A stretch of 64,000 nt of DNA, from NCBI RefSeq assembly GCF_009914755.1, contig NC_060933.1, one strand, 5' to 3'. Made by a program: the position numbers and the translations under genes. Origin of the DNA: the human T2T-CHM13v2.0 reference genome, Homo sapiens. This document shows, piece by piece, positions 41,927 through 56,900 of this stretch (position 1 is its first letter; every line of letters begins with the position of its first letter). The notes below the pieces were generated by a model. It worked only from the letters and a program-made list of their open reading frames with translations, was not told the origin of the DNA and did no database searches.

Positions 41927-44900
41927 GGAATGGAATGGAATGGAATGGAATGGAATGGAATGGAATGGAATAAACCCGAGTGCAATGGAATGGAGTGGAA
42001 TGGAATGGAATGGAATGGAACAACCCGAATGGAATGGAATGTAATGGAGAGTAAGGGAGTTGAATAGAGTCAATCCGAATGTAATGGAATGGAATGGAAC
42101 GGAATGGAATTGAATGGAATGGAATGGAATGCAATGGAATGGAATCAACCCGAGTGCAATGGAATGGAGAGGAATGGAATGGAATGGAATGGAAACTACC
42201 CGAATGGAATGGAATGTAATGGAGTGTAAGGGAATTGAATAGAATCAATCCGAATGTAATGGAATGGAATGGAACGGAATGGAATGGAATGGAATGGAAT
42301 GGAATGGAATGGAATTAACCCGAGTGCAATCGAATGGAATCGAATGGAATGGAATGCAATGGAATGGATTCAACTTGAATGGAATGGAAAGAATGGAATC
42401 AACACGAGTGGAAGGGCATGGATTGGAATGCAATGGAATGGAATCAACTCGAGTACAGGGGAATGGAATGGAATGGAATGCAATGGAATGGAATCATCCG
42501 TAATGGAATGGAAAGGAATGGAATGGAATGGAATGGAATGGAATGGAATGGAATGGAATCAACTCGATTGCAGTCGAATGGAATGGAATGGAATCAACCC
42601 GACTGCAGGGGAATGGAATGGAATGGAATGCAATGGAATGGATTCAACTTGAATGGAATGGAAAGAATGGAATGGAATGGAATGGAATGGAATGGAATGG
42701 AATGGAATCAACTCGATTGCAGTCGAATGGAATGGAATGGAATTAACCCGAATAGAATGGAATGGAATGGAATGGAACGGAACGGAACGGATCGGAATGG
42801 AATGGAATGGAATGGAATGGAACGGAAAGGAATGGAATGGAATGGAATGGAATGGAATGGAATGGAATCAACGCGAGTGCAGGGGAATGGAATGGAATGG
42901 AATGCAATGGAATGGAATCATCCGGAATGGAATGGAATGGAATGGAATGGAATCAACCCGAGTGCAATGGAATGGAGTGGAATGGAATGGAATGGAATGG
43001 AACAACCCGAATGGAATGGAATGTAATGGAGAGTAAGGGAGTTGAATAGAATCAATCCGAATGTAATGGAATGGAATGCAGCGGAATAGAATGGAATGGA
43101 ATGCAATGGAATGCAATCAACCCGAGTACAATGGAATGGAATGGAATGGAATGGAATGGAATGGAATGCCTTCAAACCGAATGGAATGGAAATGAATGGA
43201 ATCAACACGAGTGGAATGGAATGGAATGGAATGGAATGATACGGAATAGAATGGAATGGAACGAAATGGAATGGAATGGAATGGAATGGAATGGAATGGA
43301 ATGGATTGGAATCGTTCCGAGTGGAATAGGAGGGAATGTATTCGAGTGGAATGGAAAGGAATGGAATCAACCAGAGTGGAATGGAAGGGAATGGAATGGA
43401 ATGGAAACTAATAGAATGGAATCAACCCGAGTGGAATGGAATGGAAAGGACTGGAATGGAATGGAATGGAATGGAATGGAATGGAATCAATTCGATTGTA
43501 ATGGAATGGAATGGAATGGAATGGAATGGAATGGAATGGAATTAACCCGAATACAATGGAATGGAATGGAATGGAACGGAATGGAGTGGAATGGAATGGA
43601 ATCAACCCGAGTGCAGGGGAATGGAATGGAATGGAATGCAATGGAATGGAATCATCTGGAATGGAATGGAATGGAATGGAATGCAAAGCAATGGAATCAA
43701 CTCGATTGCAATGGAATGGAATGGAATGGAAAGGAATACATTGGAATCAACCCGAGTGGAATGGAATGGAAAGGACTGGAATGGAGTGGAATGGAATGGA
43801 ATGGAATGGAATGGAATGGAATCAACTCGATTGGAATGGAATGGAATGGAATGGAATGGAATGGAATTAACCCGAATAGAATGGAATGGAATGGAATGGA
43901 ACGGAACGGAACGGAACGGAACGGAACGGAATGGAATGGAATGGAATGGAAAGGAATGGAATCAACCCGACTGCAGGGGAATGGAATGGAATGGAATGCA
44001 ATGGAATGAATTCAACTTGAATGGAATGGAAAGAATGGAATCAACACGAGTGGAATGGCATGGATTGGAATGGAATGGAATGGAATGAAACCGAGTACAG
44101 GGGAATGGAATGGAATGGAATGCAATGGAATGGAATCATCCGTAATGGAATGGAAAGGAATGGAATGGAATGGAATGGAATGGAATCAACTCGATTGCAA
44201 TCGAATGGAATGGAATGGAATTAACCCGAATAGAATGGAATGGAATGGAATGGAACGGAACGGAACGGAATGGAATGGAATGGAATGGAATGGAATGCAA
44301 TGGAATGGAACGGAAAGGAATGGAATGGAATGGAATGGAATGGAATGGAATGGAATGGAATGGAATGGAATCAACGCGAGTGCAGGGGAATGGAATGGAA
44401 TGGAATGCAATGGAATGGAATCTTCCGGAATGGAATGGAATGGAATGGAATGGAATGGAATGGAATAAACCCGAGTGCAATGGAATGGAGTGGAATGGAA
44501 TGGAATGGAATGGAACAGCCCGAATGGAATGGAATGTAATGGAGAGTAAGGGAGTTGAATAGAATCAATCCGAATGTAATGGAATGGAATGAAACGGAAT
44601 GGAATTGAATGGAATGGAATGGAATGCAATGGAATGGAATCAACCCGAGTGCAATGGAATGGAGAGGAATGGAATGGAATGGAATGGAAACTACCTGAAT
44701 GGAATGGAATGTAATGGAGTGTAAGGGAATTGAATAGAATCAATCCGAGTGGAATGGAATGGAATGGAACGGAATGGAATGGAATGGAATGGAATGCAAT
44801 GGAATGGAATCAACCCGAGTGCAATCGAATGGAATCGAATGGAATGGAATGCAATGGAATGGATTCAACTTGAATGGAATGGAAAGAATGGAATCAACAC

Positions 44901-47900
44901 GAGTGGAAGGGCATGGATTGGAATGCAATGGAATGGAATCAACCCGAGTACAGGGGAATGGAATGGAATGGGATGCAATGGAATGGAATCATCCGTAATG
45001 GAATGGAAAGGAATGGAATGGAATGGAATGGAATGGAATGGAATGGAATGGAATGGAATCAACACGATTGCAATCGAATGGAATGGAATGGAAATAACCC
45101 GAATAGAATGGAATGGAATGGAATGGAATGGAACGGAATGGAATGGAATAGAATCAACCCGAGTGCAGGGGAATGGAATGGAATGGAATGCAATGGAATG
45201 GAATCATCCGGAATGGAATGGAATGGAATGGAATGCAAAGCAATGGAATCAACTCGATTGCAATGGAATGCAATGGAATGGAAAGGAATACATTGGAATC
45301 AACCCGAGTGGAATGGAATGGAAAGGACTGGAATGGAGTGGAATGGAATGGAATGGAATGGAATGGAATCAACTCGATTGGAATGGAATGGAATGGAATG
45401 GAATGGAATGGAATTAACCCGAATAGAATGGAATGGAATGGAGTGGAAACTACCCGAATGGAATGGAATGCAATGGAATGGAATCAACCCGAGTGCAATG
45501 GAATGGAGAGAAATGGAATGGAATGGAGTGGAAACTACCCGAATGGAATGGAATGTAATGGAGTGTAAGGGAATTGAATAGAATCAATCCGAATGTAATG
45601 GAAAAGAATGGAAAGGAATGGAATGGAATGGAATGGAATGGAATGGAATGGAATGGAAAGGAATGCAATGGAATGGAATCAATCCGAGTGCAATCGAATG
45701 GAATCGAATGGAATGGAATGCAATGGAATGGAATCAACTCGATTGCAATCAAATGGAATGGAATGGAATTAACCCAAATAGAATGGAATGGAATGGAATG
45801 GAAAGGAACGGAATGGAATGGAATGGAATGGAATGGAACGGAACGGAATGGAATGGAATGGAATGGAATGGAATCAACGCGAGTGCAGGGGAATGGAATG
45901 GAATGGAATGCAATGGAATGGAATGGAATGGGATCAACGCGAGTGCAGGGGAATGGAATGGAATGGAATGCAATGGAATGGAATCTTCCGGAATGGAATG
46001 GAATGGAATGGAATGGAATGAAATGCAATGGATTCAACTCGATTGCAATGGAATGGAATAGAATGGAATGGAATGGAATGGAATGGAATGAACCCGAATA
46101 GAATGGAATGGAATGCAATGGAACGGAATGGAACGGAATGGAATGGAATGGAATGGAATGGAATGGTATGGAACGGAATGGAATGGTACGGAATAGAATG
46201 GAATGTAACGAATTGTAATGGAATGGAATTGAATGGAATGGAATGGAATCAACGCGAGTGCAGGGGAATGTAATGCAACGGAATGCAATGGAATGGAATC
46301 ATCCGGAATGGAATGGAATGGAATGGAATGGAATGGAATGGAATGGAATGGAATCAACCCGAGTGCAATGGAATGGAGTGGAATGGAATGGAATGGAATG
46401 GAACAACCCGAATGGAATGGAATGTAATGGAATGTAAGGGAGTTGAATAGAATCAATCCGAATGTAATGGAATGGAATGCAACGGAATGGAATGGAATGG
46501 AATGCAATGGATAGCAATCAACCCGAGTACAATGGAATGGAATGGAATGGAATGGAATGGAATGGAATGGAATGCCTTCAAAACGAATGGAATGGAAAGG
46601 AATGGAATCAACACGAGTGGAATGGAATGGAATGGAATGGAATGGAATGGAATGATACGGAATAGAATGGAATGGAACGAAATGGAATGGAATGGAATGG
46701 AATGGAATGGAAAGGAATGGAATGGAATGGAATCGTTCCGAGTGGAATAGGAGGGAATGTATTCGAGTGGAATGGAAAGGAATGGAATCAACCAGAGTGG
46801 AATGGAAGGGAATGGAATGGAATGGAAACTAATAGAATGGAATTAACCCGAGTGGAATGGAATGGAAAGGACTGGAATGGAATGGAATGGAATGGTATCA
46901 ACTCGATTGTAATGGAATGTAATGGAATGGAATGGAATGGAATGGAATTAACCCCAATAAAATGGAATGGAATGGAATGGAATGGAATGGAGTGGAATGG
47001 AATGGAATCAACCCGAGTGCAGGGGAATGGAATGGAATGGAATGCAATGGAATGGAATAATCCGGTATGGAATGGAATGGAATGGAATGCAAAGCAATGG
47101 AATCAACTCGATTGCAATGGAATGGAATGCAATGGAAAGGAATACATTGGAATCAACCCGAGTGGAATGGAATGGAAACGACTGGAATGGAGTGGAATGG
47201 AATGGAATGGAATGGAATGGAATCGACTCGATTGGAATGGAATGGAATGGAATGGAATAGAATTGAATGGAATGGAATCAACCCGACTGCAGGGGAATGG
47301 AATGGAATGGAATGCAATGGAATGGATTCAACTTGAATGGAATGGAAAGAATGGAATCAACACGAGTGGAATGGCATGGATTGGAATGGAATGGAATGGA
47401 ATGAACCCGAGTACAGGGGAATGGAATGGAATGGAATGCAATGGAATGGAATCATCCGTAATGGAATGGAAAGGAATGGAATGGAATGGAATGGAATGGA
47501 ATGGAATGGAATGGAATCAACACGATTGCAATCGAATGGAATGGAATGGAATTAAACCGAATAGAATGGAATGGAATGGAATGGAACGGAACGGAGTGGA
47601 ATGGAATGGAATCAACCCGAGTGCAGGGGAATGGAATGGAATGGAATGCAATGGAATGGAATCATCCGGAATGGAATGGAATGGAATGGAATGCAAAGCA
47701 ATGGAATCAACTCGATTGCAATCGAATGGAATGGAATGGAATTAACCCGAATAGAATGGAATGGAATGGAATGGAAAGGAACGGAATGGAATGGAATGGA
47801 ATGGAATGGAATGGAACGGAACGGAATGGAATGGAATGGAATGGAATGGAATCAACGCGAGTGCAGGGGAATGTAATGGAAAGGAATGCAATGGAATGGA

Positions 47901-50900
47901 ATCATCCGGAATGGAATGGAATGGAATGGAATGGAACGGAATGAAATCAACCCGAGTGCAATGGAATGGAGTGGAATGGAATGGAATGGAATGGAACAAC
48001 ACGAATGGAATGGAATGTAATGGAATGTAAGGGAGTTGAATAGAATCAATCCGAATGTAATGGAATGGAATGCAACGGAATGGAATGGAATGGAATGCAA
48101 TGGAATGCAATCAACCAGAGTAAAATGGAATGGAATGGAATGGAATAGATTGGAATGGAATGGAATGGAATGGAATGCCTTCAAACCGAATGGAATGGTA
48201 AGGAATGGAATCAACACGAGTGGAATGGAATGGAATGGAATGGAATGGAATGGAATGGAATGGAATGGAATGATACGGAATAGAATGGAATGGAACGAAA
48301 TGGAATGGAATGGAATGGAATGGAATGGAATGGAATGGAATGGAATCGTTCCGAGTGGAATAGGAGGGAATGTATTCGAGTGGAATGGAAAGGAATGGAA
48401 TCAACCAGAGTGGAATGGAAGGGAATGGAATGGAATGGAAACTAATAGAATGGAATCAACCTGAGTGGAATGGAATGGAAAGCAATGGAATGGAATGGAA
48501 TGGAATGGAATCAACTCGATTGTAATGGAATGGAATGGAATGGAATGGAATGGAATGGAATGGAATGGAATTAACCCGAATACAATGGAATGGAATGGAA
48601 AGGAACGGAATGGAGTGTAATGGAATGGAATCAACCCGAGTGAAGGGGAATGGAATGGAATGGAATGGAATGCAATGGAATGGAATCATCCGGAATGGAA
48701 TGGAATGGAATGGAATGCAAAGCAATGGAATCAACTCGATTGCAATGGAATGGAATGGAATGGAAAGGAATACATTGGAATCAACCCGAGTGGAATGGAA
48801 TGGAAAGGACTGGAATGGAGTGGAATGGAATGGAATGGAATGGAATGGAATGGAATGAACTCGATTGGAATGGAATGGAATGCAATGGAATGGAATGGAA
48901 TGGAATGGAATTAACCCGAATAGAATGGAATGGAATGGCATGGAATGGAACGGAACGGAATGGAATGGAATGGAATGGAATGGAATGGAATGGAATCAAC
49001 CCGACTGCAGGGGAATGGAATGGAATGGAATGCAATGGAATGGATTCAACTTGAATGGAATGGAAAGAATGGAATCAACACGAGTGGAATGGCATGGATT
49101 GGAATGGAATGGAATGGAATGAACCCGAGTACAGGGGAATGGAATGGAATGGAATGCAATGGAATGGAATCATCAGTAATGGAATGGAAAGGAATGGAAT
49201 GGAATGGAATGGAATGGAATGGAATTGAATGGAATCAACTCGATTGCAATCGAATGGAATGGAATGGAATTAACCCTAATAGAATGGAATGGAATGGAAT
49301 GGAACGGAACGGAACGGAATGGAATGGAATGGAATGGAATGGAATGGAATGGAATGGAAAGGAAAGGAATGGAATGGAATGGAATGGAATGGAATGGAAT
49401 GTAACGGAATGGAATCAACGCGAGTGCAGGGGAATGGAATGGAATGGAATGCAATGGAATGGAATCTTCAGGAATGGAATGGAATGGAATGGAATGGAAT
49501 GGAATGGAATGGAATGGAATGGAATAAACCCGAGTGCAATGGAATGGAGTGGAATGGAATGGAATGGAATGGAACAGCCCAAATCGAATGGAACGTAATG
49601 TAGAGTAAGGGAGTTGAATAGAATCAATCCGAATGTAATGGAATGGAATGGAACGGAATGGAATTGAATGGAATGGAATGGAATGCAATGGAATGGAATC
49701 AACCCTAGTGCAATGGAATGGAGAGGAATGGAATGGAATGGAGTGCAAACTACTCGAATGGAATAGAATGTAATGGAGTGTAAGGGAATTGAATAGAATC
49801 AATCCGAATGTAATGGAATGGAATGGAACGGAATGGAATGGAATGGAATGGAATGGAATGGAATGGAATGGAATGCAATGGAATGGAATCAACCCGAGTG
49901 CAATCGAATGGAATCGAATGGAATGGAATGCAATGGAATGGATTCAACTTGAATGGAATGGAAAGAATGGAATCAACACGAGTGGAAGGGCATGGATTGG
50001 AATGCAATGGAATGGAATCAACCCGAGTACAGGGGAATGGAATGGAATGGAATGCAATGGAATGGAATCATCCGTAATGGAATGGAAAGGAATGGAATGG
50101 AATGGAATGGAATGGAATGGAATGGATTGGAATCAACACGATTGCAAACGAATGGAATGGAATGGAATTAACCCGAATAGAGTGGAATGGAATGGAATGG
50201 AACGGAACGGAATGGAATGGAATGGAATGGAATGGAATGGAACGGAACGGAACGGAATGGAATGGAATGGAATGGAATGGAATCAACGCGAGTGCAGGGG
50301 AATGGAATGGAATGCAATGCAATGGAATGGAATCTTCCGGAATGGAATGGAATGGAATGGAATGGAATGGAATGAAATGCAATGGATTCAACTCGATTGC
50401 AATGGAATGGAATAGAATGGAATGGAATGGAATGGAATGGAATTAACCCGAATAGAATGGAATGGAATGGAACGGAATGGAATGGAATGGAATGGAATGG
50501 AATGGAATGGAATGGAATGGAATGGTATGGAATGGAATAGAATGGTACGGAATAGAATGGAATGGAACGAATTGTAATGGAATGGAATTGAATGGAATGG
50601 AAAGGAATGGAATGGAATCAACGCGAGTGCAGGGGAATGTAATGGAACGGAATGCAATGGAATGGAATCATCCGGAATGGAATGGAATGGAATGGAATGG
50701 AATGGAATGGAATCAACCCGAGTGCAATGGAATGGAGTGGAAAGGAATGGAATGGAATGGAAGAACCCGAATGGAATGGAATGTAATGGACAGTAAGGGA
50801 GTTGAATAGAATCAATCCGAATGTAATGGAATGGAATGCAACGGAATGGAATGGAATGGAATGGAATGGAATGGAATGCAAAGGAATGGAATCAACCCGA

Positions 50901-52310
50901 GTGGAATGGCATGGAATGGAATGCAATGGAATGGAATGGAATGGAATCAACTCGAGTGGAAAGGAATGGAATGGAATGGAAAGGAATGGAATGAAGTCAA
51001 CTCGAGTGGAATGGAATGGAATGGAATGGATTGGAATGGATTGCAATGGAATGAAATGGAATGGAATGGAATGGAATCAATCATTCCGAGTGGAATGGAA
51101 GGGAATGTAATGGAGTGGAAAGAAGGGAATGGAATCAACCCGAGTGGAATGCAAGGCAATGGAATGGAATGGAAAGGAATGGAATGGAATCAACACGATT
51201 GCAATGGAATGGAATGGAATGGAATGGAATGGAATGGAATTAACCGGAATAGAATGGAATGGAATGGAATGGAAGGGAATGGAATGGAACGGAACGGAAT
51301 GGAATGGAGTGGAATGGAATGGAATCAACGCGAGTGCAGGGGAATGGAATGGAATGGAATGCAATGCAATGGAAACTTCCGGAATGGAATGGAATGGAAT
51401 GGAATGAAATGCAATGGATTCAACTCGATTGCAATGGAATGGAATAGAATGGAATGGAATGGAATGGAATGGAATTAATCCGAATAGAATGGAATGGAAT
51501 GGAATGGAACGGAATGGAACGGAATGGAATGGAATGGAATGGAATGGAATGGTATGGAATGGAATGGAATGGTACGGAATAGAATGGAATGGAACGAATT
51601 GTAATGGAATGGAATTGAATGGAATGGAATGGAATGGAATGGAATCAACGCGAGTGCAGGGGAATGTAATGGAACGGAATGCAATGGAATGGAATCATCC
51701 GGAATGGAATGGAATGGAATGGAATGGAATGGAATGGAATGGAATGGAATCAACCCGAGTGCAATGGAATGGAGTGGAATGGAATGGAATGGAATGGAAC
51801 AACCCGAATGGAATGGAATGTAATGGAGAGTAAGGGAGTTGAATAGAATCAATCCGAATGTAATGGAATGGAATGCAACGGAATGGAATGGAAAGGAATG
51901 GAATGGAATGCAATGGAATGGAATCAACCCGAGTACAATGGAATGGAATGGAATGGAATGGAATGGAATGGAATGGAATGGAATGATACGGAATAGAATG
52001 GAATGGAACGAAATGGAATGGAATGGAATGGAATGGAATGGAATGCAATGGAATGGAATGGAATGGAATGGAATGGAATCGTTCCGAGTGTAATAGGAGG
52101 GAATGTATTCGAGTGGAATGGAAAGGAATGGAATCAACCAGAGTGGAATGGAAGGGAATGGAATGGAAACTAATAGAATGGAATCAACCCGAGTGGAATA
52201 GAATGGAAAGGACTGGAATGGAATGGAATGGAATGGAATCAACTCGTTTGTAATGGAATGGAATGGAATGGAATGGAATGGAATGGAATGGAATGGAATG
52301 GAATGGAATG

Positions 52311-53960
52311 GAATTAACCCGAATACAATGGAAGGGAATGGAATGGAATGGAAACTAATAGAATGGAATCAACCTGAGTGGAATGGAATGGAAAGGACTG
52401 GAATGGAATAGAATGGAATGGAATGGAATCAACTCGATTGTAATGGAATGGAATGGAATGGAATGGAATGGAATGGAGTGGAATGGAATGGAGTGGAATG
52501 GAATGGAATCAACCCGAGTGCAGGGGAATGGAATGGAATGGAATGCAATGGAATGGAACCATCCGGAATGGAATGGAATGGAATGGAATGCAAAATAATG
52601 GAATCATCTCGATTGCAATGGAATGGAATGGAATAGAATGGAATGGAATTAACACGAATAGAATGGAATGTAATGGAATTGAATGGAACAGAAAGGAATG
52701 GAATGGAATGGAATGGAATGGAATGGAATCGAATGGAATGGAGTGGAATTAACCGGAATAGAATGGAATGGAATGGAATGGAACGGAATGAAATGGAATG
52801 GAATGGAATGGAATGGAATGGAATCAACCCGAGTGCAGGGGAATGGAATGGAATGGAATGCAATGGAATTAACCCGAATACAATGGAAGGGAATGGAATG
52901 GAATGGAAACTAATAGAATGGAATCAACCTGAGTGGAATGGAATGGAAAGGACTGGAATGGAATAGAATGGAATGGAATGGAATCAACTCGATTGTAATG
53001 GAATGGAATGGAATGGAATGGAATGGAATGGAGTGGAATGGAATGGAATCAACCCGAGTGCAGGGGAATGGAATGGAATGGAATGCAATGGAATGGAACC
53101 ATCCGGAATGGAATGGAATGGAATGGAATGCAAAATAATGGAATCATCTCGATTGCAATGGAATGGAATGGAATAGAATGGAATGGAATTAACACGAATA
53201 GAATGGAATGTAATGGAATTGAATGGAACAGAAAGGAATGGAATGGAATGGAATGGAATGGAATGGAATCGAATGGAATGGAGTGGAATTAACCGGAATA
53301 GAATGGAATGGAATGGAATGGAACGGAATGAAATGGAATGGAATGGAATGGAATGGAATGGAATGGAATGGAATCAACCCGAGTGCAGGGGAATGGAATG
53401 GAATGGAATGGAATGCAATGGAATTAACCCGAATACAATGGAAGGGAATGGAATGGAATGGAAACTAATAGAATGGAATCAACCTGAGTGGAATGGAATG
53501 GAAAGGACTGGAATGGAATAGAATGGAATGGAATGGAATCAACTCGATTGTAATGGAATGGAATGGAATGGAATGGAATGGAATGGAGTGGAATGGAATG
53601 GAATCAACCCGAGTGCACGGGAATGGAATGGAATGGAATGCAATGGAATGGAACCATCCGGAATGGAATGGAATGGAATGGAATGCAAAATAATGGAATC
53701 ATCTCGATTGCAATAGAATGGAATGGAATAGAATGGAATGGAATTAACACGAATAGAATGGAATGTAATGGAATTGAATGGAACAGAAAGGAATGGAATG
53801 GAATGGAATGGAATGGAATGGAATCGAATGGAATGGAGTGGAATTAACCGGAATAGAATGGAATGGAATGGAATGGAACGGAATGAAATGGAATGGAATG
53901 GAATGGAATGGAATGGAATCAACCCGAGTGCAGGGGAATGGAATGGAATGGAATGCAATG
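52311..53960 (+). repeat. Three tandem copies of a ~555-bp higher-order unit
   Basis: GAATTAACCCGAATACAATGGAAGGG at 52311, 52866 and 53421; GCAAAATAATGGAATCATCTCG at ~52590, 53130 and 53685. Confidence 0.92.
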
Positions 53961-56900
53961 GAATGGAATCATCCGGAATGGAATGGAATGGAATGGAATG
54001 CCATCAACCTGATGCAATGGAATGGAGTGGAATGGAATGGAATGGAAACATCCCGAATGGAATGGAATGCAATGGAGTGTAAGGGAATTGAATAGAATCA
54101 ATCCGAATGTAATGGAATGGAATGGAATGAAATGGAATGGAATGGAATGGAATGGAATCAACCCGAGTGCAATGGAATGGATTCGAATGGAATGGAATGG
54201 AATGGAATGGATTCAACAAGAATGGAATGGAAAGGAATGGAATCAACCCGAGTGTAATGGCATGGAATGGAACGGAATGGAATGGGATGGAATGGAATGG
54301 TATGGAATAGAATGGAATGGAATGAAATGGAATAGAATGGAATGGAATGGAATGGAATGGAATGAACCCGTGTGCAATGGAATGGAATGGAATGGAATGG
54401 AATGGATTCAACTCGAATGGAATCAACTCGATTGCAATGGAATGGAATGGAATTGAAAGGAATAGAATGGAATCAACCCGAGTGGAATGGAATGGAAAGG
54501 ACTGGAATGGAGTGGAATGGAATGGAATGGAATTAACCCGAATAGAATGAAATGGAACGGAATGGAATGGAATGTAATGGAATGGAATGGAATGGAATCA
54601 ACCCGAGTGCAGGGGAATGGAATGGAATGGAATGCAATGGAATGGAATCATCCGGAATGGAATGGAATGGAATTTAATGGAATGGAATGGAATCAACTCG
54701 ATTTCAATGGAAATGGAATGGAATAGAATGGAATGGAATTAACACGAATAGAATGGAATGGAATGGAATTGAATGGAACAGAAAGGAATGGAATGGAATG
54801 GAATGGAATCAACCCAAGTGCAGGAGAATGGAATGGAATGGAATTCAATGGAATGGAATCATCCGGAATGGAATGGAATGGAATGGAATGGAATGGAATG
54901 GAATGGAATCAACCCGAGTGCAATGGAATGGAGAGGAATGGAATGGAATGGAATGGAAACTACACGAATCGAATGGAATGTAATGGAGTGTAAGGGAATT
55001 GAATAGAATGAATCCGAATGGAATGGAATGGAAAGGAATGGAATGGAATGGAATGGAATGGAATGGAATGCAATGCCATGGAATCAACCCGAGTGCAATC
55101 GAATGGAATCGAATGGAATGGAATGCAATGGAATGGATTCAACTTGAATGGAATGGAAAGAATGGAATCAACACGAGTGGAATGGCATGGATTGGAATGG
55201 AATGGAATGGAATCAACCCGAGTACAGGGGAATGGAATGGAATGGAATGAAATGGAATGGAATCATCCGTAATGTAATGGAAAGGAATGGAATGGAATGG
55301 AATGGAATGGAATCAACTCTATTGCAATCGAATGGAATGGAATGGAATTAACCCGAATAGAATGGAATGGAATGGAATGGAATGGAATGGAACGGAACGG
55401 AACGGAACGGAACGGAATGGAATGGAATGGAATGGAATGGAATGCAATGGAATGGAATCAACTCGATTGCAATCGAATGGAATGGAATGGAATTAACCCG
55501 AATAGAATGGAATGGAATGGAATGGAATGGAATGGAACGGAACGGAACGGAACGGAATGGAATGGAATGGAATGGAATGGAATGGAATCAACTGATTGCA
55601 ATGGAATGGAATGGAATGGAATGGAATGGAATGGAATGGAATGGAATTAACCCGAATAGAATGGAATGGAATTAAATGGAACGGAACGGAATGGAATGGA
55701 ATGGAATGGAATGGAATGGAATGGAATGGAATCAACCCGACTGCAGGGGAATGGAATGGAATGGATTGCAATGGAATGGATTCAACTTGAATGGAATGGA
55801 AAGAATGGAATCAACACGAGTGGAATGGCATGAATTGGAATGGAATGGAATGGAATCAACCCGAGTACAGGGGAATGGAATGGAATGGAATGCAATGGAA
55901 TGGAATCATCCGTAATGGAATGGAAAGGAATGGAATGGAATGGAATGGAATGGAATGGAATGGAATGGAATCAACTCGATTGCAATGGAATGGAATGGAA
56001 TGGAATTAACCCAAATAGAATGGAATGGAATGGAATGGAACGGAACGGAACGGAATGGAATGGAATGGAATGGAATGGAATGGAACGGAAAGGAATGGAA
56101 TGGAACGGAATGGAATGGAATGGAATGGAATGGAATCAACGCGAGTGCAGGGGAATGGAATGGAATGGAATGCAATGGAATGGAATCTTCCGGAATGGAA
56201 TGGAATGGAATGGAATGGAATCAACCCGAGTGCAATGGAATGGAGTGGAATGGAATGGAATGGAATGGAACAACCCGAATGGAATGGAATGTAATGGAGA
56301 GTAAAGGAGTTGAATAGAATCATTCCGAATGTAATGGAATGGAATGGAACGGAATGGAATTGAATGGAATGGAATGGAATGCAATGGAATGGAATCAACC
56401 CGCGTGCAATGGAATGGAGAGGAATGGAATGGAATGGAATGGAAACTACCCGAATGGAATGGAATGTAATGGAGTGTAAGGGAATTGAATAGAATCAATC
56501 CGAATGTAATGGAATGGAATGGAACGGAATGGAATGGAATGGAATGGAATGGAATGGAATGGAATGGAATCAACCCGAGTGCAATCGAATGGAATCGAAT
56601 GGAATGCAATGCAATGGAATGGATTCAACTTGAATGGAATGGAAAGAATGGAATCAACACGAGTGGAATGGCATGGATTGGAATGGAATGGAATGGAATC
56701 AACCCGAGTACAGGGGAATGGAATGGAATGGAATGCAATGGAATGGAATCATCCGTAATGGAATGGAAAGGAATGGAATGGAATGGAATCAACTCGATTG
56801 CAATCGAATGGAATGGAATGGAATTAACCCAAATAGAATGGAATGGAATGGAATGGAACGGAACGGAATGGAATGGAATGGAATGGAATGGAATGGAACG

